Source: a virus (Duplodnaviria; Caudoviricetes). From it: a stretch of 24,977 nucleotides of DNA. Position numbers and translations under genes: made by a program. The stretch lies in IMG/VR virus record IMGVR_UViG_3300008448_000588, positions 1 to 24,977 of that record; one strand, written 5' to 3'. Numbering within the stretch: the first letter of the stretch is position 1; each line of letters starts with the position of its first letter. The notes beneath the pieces were generated by a model. It made no database searches. It worked only from the letters and a program-made list of their open reading frames with translations, and was not told where the DNA came from. Positions 23,867-24,977 of the stretch are shown here, piece by piece.

Positions 23867-24293
23867 TACTTAAAGTATTGATTTCAATAAACTTTGCAAC
23901 TATCTCATTCAGAGTTGTTTGACCTTCAAATGATTGTGCCATATCTTTGTCAATCTCCAGTGTGAAAGTGATGTCATAGTTCACACCTCTTTTTTTGATG
24001 GTCACTGGAATGTATTGCATTTCACATTCAAACATCAGGAGCTCATCCATCAATTGCTTGATTGTGTCCATATATCTCTGATCCTTGAGCTTGTACCATT
24101 TCTTGTGTTGCTTGATGCCATACAATACTGTTGCATGGTCCTTTCCAAATGCTCTGCCAATGGAACTGCACCCCATTCCTGTCCTGGATAGCAAGTAATA
24201 AAGATAGTATCTCTTGTAACATTCTGACTCTTGTCTATTGTTGTTGGCAAGATTGTACTTGTCAATCAAGTTGAGGAGGAATTCTCTTTTCAT
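23859..24293 (-). CDS. Protein with a DnaA C-terminal (domain IV)-like HTH
   Basis: SSIGRAFGKDHATVLYGIK matches the DnaA IGxxFgRDHxTV signature. No AAA+ domain. Confidence 0.75.
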   Translation of the reverse strand: MKREFLLNLIDKYNLANNNRQESECYKRYYLYYLLSRTGMGCSSIGRAFGKDHATVLYGIKQHKKWYKLKDQRYMDTIKQLMDELLMFECEMQYIPVTIKKRGVNYDITFTLEIDKDMAQSFEGQTTLNEIVAKFIEINTLSKV

Positions 24294-24469
24294 AGCTCCT
24301 CCACTTTGTATCCATGATCAAGGTACCATTGCAATGTGTCTGGCTCATCATCAGGATGATTGTAATCTTGCAAGCATCCATTATTGTCAAGGTAGCAATG
24401 CCACCAGAATCCACCTTCTGGCTCAACTGAATCCTCAAGCCATACTCTGTATTGTTTAAATCTTTCCAT
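24290..24469 (-). CDS. Hypothetical protein
   Basis: MERFKQYRVWLED...GYKVEEL, coupled to the downstream gene. Confidence 0.6.
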   Translation of the reverse strand: MERFKQYRVWLEDSVEPEGGFWWHCYLDNNGCLQDYNHPDDEPDTLQWYLDHGYKVEEL

Positions 24470-24608
24470 CTCTCTCAACTTTAATTATTAACGGAGGCCA
24501 CATGTCCATGCGTTTGACAGCATCCTCTGGGCTGTTGGCTTGGATGATCCTGGTCAACTTGATCCATTTGCCATCCTTTACTTTGTATGTTACTTTGAAA
24601 TTCTGCAT
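24456..24608 (-). CDS. 50-aa hypothetical protein
   Basis: Hand-translated MQNFKVTYKVKDGKWIKLTRIIQANSPEDAVKRMDMWPPLIIKVERDGKI*. Confidence 0.55.
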   Translation of the reverse strand: MQNFKVTYKVKDGKWIKLTRIIQANSPEDAVKRMDMWPPLIIKVERDGKI

Positions 24609-24696
24609 TTCTCTTTGCTCTTAAATAGTTATTAAATAGTTCCATATTGAATCTGCCTGACCTTTGCCACCAGTATTCATAATCAGCTGAACTCAT
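24481..24696 (-). CDS. Hypothetical protein (MSSADYEYWWQRSGRFNMELFNNYLRAK...)
   Basis: ATGA-coupled start at 24696. The C-terminal half overlaps the 50-aa ORF and may be non-functional. Confidence 0.45.
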   Translation of the reverse strand: MSSADYEYWWQRSGRFNMELFNNYLRAKRNAEFQSNIQSKGWQMDQVDQDHPSQQPRGCCQTHGHVASVNN

Positions 24697-24797
24697 AATG
24701 TTGCGGCTAAAATGGTGAGTAATATCATCACAGGGATGACAACAATACAAATCACAAACTCCCTTTGATCTGCATCTCTTGGAATAAACTTTCTCAT
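24693..24797 (-). CDS. 34-aa membrane peptide
   Basis: Hand-translated MRKFIPRDADQREFVICIVVIPVMILLTILAATL*, with ATGA overlaps at both ends. Confidence 0.55.
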   Translation of the reverse strand: MRKFIPRDADQREFVICIVVIPVMILLTILAATL

Positions 24798-24977
24798 AAT
24801 GCAATCAATTTAGTTCTGTACGCCTTCAATCTTGCAAGGCCTCTTGAACAAGTATCCATTCTATTGGTGTACTTGTTCACCAGGTTGTCAAGTCCTCCTC
24901 TCTTGCACTCCATTGCCATCTTGCTCATATCAGCAAGCCTGATCATCATGCCCTCAATCAAGGAGTCAATGTCATCA
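24794..24977 (-). CDS. Partial ORF entering from the right edge
   Basis: ...DDIDSLIEGMMIRLADMSKMAMECKRGGLDNLVNKYTNRMDTCSRGLARLKAYRTKLIAL*. Confidence 0.55.
   Translation of the reverse strand, partial: DDIDSLIEGMMIRLADMSKMAMECKRGGLDNLVNKYTNRMDTCSRGLARLKAYRTKLIAL

Noticed and set aside
23859-24293. Calling this gene dnaA
   Set aside because: Only the domain IV-like HTH signature is present. There is no AAA+ domain.
24481-24804. 107-aa ORF from the track as a single gene
   Set aside because: Better explained by ATGA-coupled short ORFs (24693-24797, 24481-24696, 24456-24608). Its N-terminal part looks non-coding in that frame.
1-24977. Alternative genetic code (stop-codon reassignment)
   Set aside because: Genes are full-length and tightly packed under the standard code, and TAA, TGA and TAG are all used as stops.

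Overview
About 25 kb of a tailed (siphovirus-like) phage genome, almost entirely encoded on the minus strand. The likely host is Bacteroidota/Flavobacteriia (TAnnTTTG promoter boxes, DUF3127 gene, A-rich Shine-Dalgarno-less start regions). In transcription order (right to left): small early ORFs; a DnaA-domain-IV-like HTH gene; an iteron cluster (probable origin); a Prim-Pol/DUF3987 primase-helicase; a hypervariable accessory island; a recombination module (VRR-NUC, ERF, YqaJ exonuclease, DUF3127); a methyltransferase; a sigma-like regulator; a glycan-modification cluster (2 glycosyltransferases plus an N-acetyl-sugar amidotransferase); terminase small and large subunits; a chaperone-like gene with a probable -1 frameshift; tail genes; tape measure; an antisense Stealth-like gene; XkdF-like prohead protease; and the start of a scaffold-like gene. 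The standout is the island at ~19880-21120. It holds an integron-like array of three attC-like hairpins delimiting two self-complementary gene cassettes whose start codons lie inside the hairpins. It also holds a 23-bp gene-junction repeat (4 copies) and a 145-nt tRNA-like RNA with an expanded anticodon region. A GAACW-N6-YATAATA motif before the late genes is a candidate phage late promoter. All assignments come from reading motifs by eye; no database searches were run.
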